The notes under the pieces were generated by a model. The model did no database searches. It had not been told where the DNA came from and was given only the letters and a program-made list of their open reading frames with translations. From Marsupella aquatica (lineage: Eukaryota > Plantae > Marchantiophyta), in contig OZ316899.1 of the NCBI GenBank assembly GCA_973895155.1, forward strand, positions 829,573 to 893,572: 64,000 nucleotides of DNA. Reading direction: 5' to 3'. The position numbers were made by a program, and so were the translations under genes. Every line of letters begins with the position of its first letter. Within the stretch, counting starts at the first letter, position 1. Shown here piece after piece: positions 61,150 through 64,000 of the stretch.

Positions 61150-61490
61150 CCAAAGTACTTTCCTCTTCAAGCTTAAGTCTCCTCAAGACCCTCAAAGTAG
61201 TGTTACCCCTCAACCTTGCCCCCCTGGCCTTGGTTTGGGTCCACACATCCCCTTTGAGCCCTAGAGAAGGCTCCTCTATCTAAGGACTCTTCCTCTTGTT
61301 CTTACTTCTTGTTAACACCACACACCAAGCAAAGTACTTTCCACCCTCAAGCTATAATCCTCTCTAAGTCTCAAAGTAATGCTATACCTTAACCTTGCCT
61401 CCTTGGCCTTGGTTTTGTACTAGCACATCCCCTTCAAGCTTAGACCAAGATTATACCATAGCATGGACTCTTCTCTTGCTCTCATATACT
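61150..61490. repeat. Two diverged ~180-bp tandem units in LTR-like sequence
   Basis: CAAAGTACTTTCC...CTCAAAGTA...AACCTTGCC..TGGCCTTGGTTT...CACATCCCCTT...GGACTCTT occurs at ~61158 and ~61330. Confidence 0.75.
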
Positions 61491-62599
61491 TCAAATGCAC
61501 TCACACTTAATGGTCACAATGAAGATTGGTAAGTCTCCTTTTATTGCATCACCTTTACAACAAAAGTTCACTACACATTCTCCACACTAAGCATGGACCA
61601 CCTCTCCTTTCTCAAGCTTAGCCCTACCTTGGCAAGGTAGAGATTTCACTTAAGAGATGAGACTCCCGGTCCCTAACAAATGAAAACTTCCTCCTTATAT
61701 ACTATCTCCTTCCACATCACACCAAGCTTGACCTGGGGTCCAACTATACCTCCCCCAAGTCCTCCTAACACACAAAGTCCAACTCTATAGTTCATAGCCC
61801 ACCCTACTACTTGCTATTTTGCCTCCTTCCAAGCCCTGGAATATGCCACACATGAGTGGTATGCTTTGACTTCCAAACCTACTCCCACTTATGGTCCTCC
61901 TCACCAGCTTACCAACCCACTTGAAAGCTCGCAAAAAGAGTGAGTGAGTCTCAAGTTGTGCCTAGTCAAAGTTGGCCTTATTTTACTTGTAACCCCTTTA
62001 CTACCCTAAGTAAACTACCCCCTATATTTACTTTTCTTAACTTGATGGCCTTACACCTTTGGCCAAAGGTAAGTACCCTTCTCTAGAGCCTAACTCAAGT
62101 GGTATGGGTGCAAGAAAGGTCAGCCCCTAAATCTGGTATTCATTCCCCTATGCCGACTTTGGTTTGCAAGTTGTCGGGACTCCCTCGTGGCCTCGGTTAA
62201 AAATATATTTGAGTGATTACTTTTCTGGGGTTCCACCTTCACCAGGGGGTGCCTTATCTTCCCCTAACTCAGCACAAAAAAATTTGGGCCCCAACGGATA
62301 CCTCTAGCCAAAGTTATGCCCATTCTCCCAAGGCCTGTTTTTGGTGTAAAGCGGGTGTAAGCGGCGGCCCGATTACACTTACCTTACATGCCCCTTATGG
62401 GGATTCCACGTGTCATGAGGGGAGAGCACTCTCATTATACTCATGTTTCTTATGAAGAAATTGTAAGGACAGCAATGTTTGCAGCCATTTCTCTCTCGTG
62501 AATTCAATCTAAAACCACAGCATTCTCTATTGGATTCTTTCTTGTGCAGCAGTCCAGCTGATCAGCCGCCAGCCCCTCAATTTCACAGCCACCATAGCT

Positions 62600-63250
62600 C
62601 ACAGCCAGCCTAGTCAATTTCGCAGCTAGCTCACCTCTTCAATTTTGCCGCTAGCAACACAGTCAATTTCGCAGCTAGCAGCACAGTCAATTTCGCAGCT
62701 AGCAGCACAGTCACATCAGCGCATTTACAGCACAACAACAGCAGATTTGAAGCACAGCAGCAGCAACCATAGCTTGATTCCTTCTCAGTCAAGCAGGTCT
62801 CTCTTCTCAATTTCGTAGCTGCCCACCTTTGCAATTTCGCAGCTAGCAGCAGCATCATTCAATTCAGCAGCATCAAGGCAGCAGCCAGCCAATTCTCATG
62901 AGCATCTCGTGCCTGATTAGTAGGAGCACCTCTAATCTAGTGTGCAGCTGTCATAGCAGCAAGCAGCCTTCCCAATTCAAAGCCAGCAGCGATCCTAATT
63001 TGCAGCCATAGCTCTTTTCCTTCTCAGCAGCCATAGCTTCTTCAATCAGCAACAGCCCTTGCTTCTTCAATCAGCAGCAGCCATTTCAATTCAGCCGCCC
63101 TTCCTTCAATTCAGCCGCCCTTGTGCTCAATTGATTCCTCAAGTAATCATGCAGCACCTTTGGACAGCCTCCCGGTGCTTGACGTCCTCACCAGCCTCGT
63201 GCTTGCTCCTCCTTGCCTCGTGCTCGCTCCTCCTTGCCTCGTGCTCGCCG
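62600..63250. repeat. CAGCAG-rich low-complexity region with 24-bp (CACAGTCAATTTCGCAGCTAGCAG) and 21-bp (CCTCGTGCTCGCTCCTCCTTG) short tandem repeats
   Basis: Direct reading at 62657-62712 and 63195-63248. Confidence 0.8.
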
Positions 63251-63950
63251 CGTGATCGTCGCCCACGCGGTTTACACTTAGAAAAAAATACATTTTTTTT
63301 TGGAAAAACAGCATTTTGGGGCGATTTTGGACCCCCCTCCAAAACTCACACATAAGTCCAAAAGGACTTCTGAGTAGCTCCACTGATTCTATGGACATAG
63401 GACTATGTCCGGGTTTACTAAGATATAAACAAAACCCTATAACAACTTTTCTAAAATTAGGCAAAGAGGGTCAAGTCTTTATGTCTTCCAAAATTCTTCT
63501 CAACTTTGAGATGCTCCCAAAAAGTAACCAAGTGTGACAAAGTTGTCCCACAAGTTTCTAGGGATAGAGGGGACCATACTTAACCCACTTCCAAACTTGG
63601 AACCCCTACATTTACCCATCAGCTATTTTTCCCGGGACCCGCTATTTGGTAACTTTGATTTTTGCCAAAATACTTATAACTCCTAGGTTAAGACCCCACT
63701 TGACTTCATACTTTTTCAGGGTTCCCTAGGGACCTCCCAGCACCCATGGGAGAAATATCAGCCAAAAATAAGATGTCCGGTGTCGGGTCATTTTTCGGTC
63801 CCGACTTAGTCGCCTATTATAACTAAGGACGGAACTAGTTTCCTGCCCCTCCTATAGTAACTTGCTTACCCCTAGATAACTTTGCATAACTAAAATTCCC
63901 TCTTACCTCTACTAAGCTTCCCTTCTTACTTAAGTGCCCTAAACCTAGCT

Positions 63951-63962
63951 ACTCTGATAGCA
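63951..63962 (-). promoter_or_regulatory. Possible degenerate tRNA-Met primer-binding site of a minus-strand LTR element whose LTR extends beyond the window
   Basis: ACTCTGATAGCA vs canonical GCTCTGATACCA (2 mismatches). Confidence 0.3.
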
Positions 63963-64000
63963 CTAAAACTTTTTCCCTAACTATTTCCTCTTCTAAACGA

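Noticed and set aside
62631-62858. ORF with VLLAAKLT repeats
   Set aside because: It is explained by the 24-bp tandem repeat, with no other coding evidence.

Overview
AT-moderate eukaryotic DNA made almost entirely of nested, decaying plant transposable elements. I found no host gene, RNA gene or CRISPR. The element families suggest a non-seed land plant, possibly a liverwort; this is an unverified inference. Contents: (1) CACTA/En-Spm elements: two inverted copies of one family (1-2275 and from 55966, spliced TnpA-like gene), a TnpD fragment ending at 14510, and a ~408-bp tandem array. (2) Two inverted copies of a chromodomain Ty3/Gypsy element. The minus copy is split by a full-length L1 LINE (17-bp TSD), which is itself split by a 2.6-kb solo LTR (5-bp TSD). 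(3) Tat-like Gypsy remnants. (4) Three 3.7-5.1-kb TG..CA-bounded units, plus one truncated unit, carrying a shared divergent ORF family but no gag/pol. (5) The standout: a Ty3/Gypsy element (42208-47165, minus) with a C5 DNA cytosine methyltransferase domain (motifs I, II, IV, VI, VIII, IX, X readable, DNMT3-like order) between the aspartic protease and reverse transcriptase. This copy is a pseudogene.
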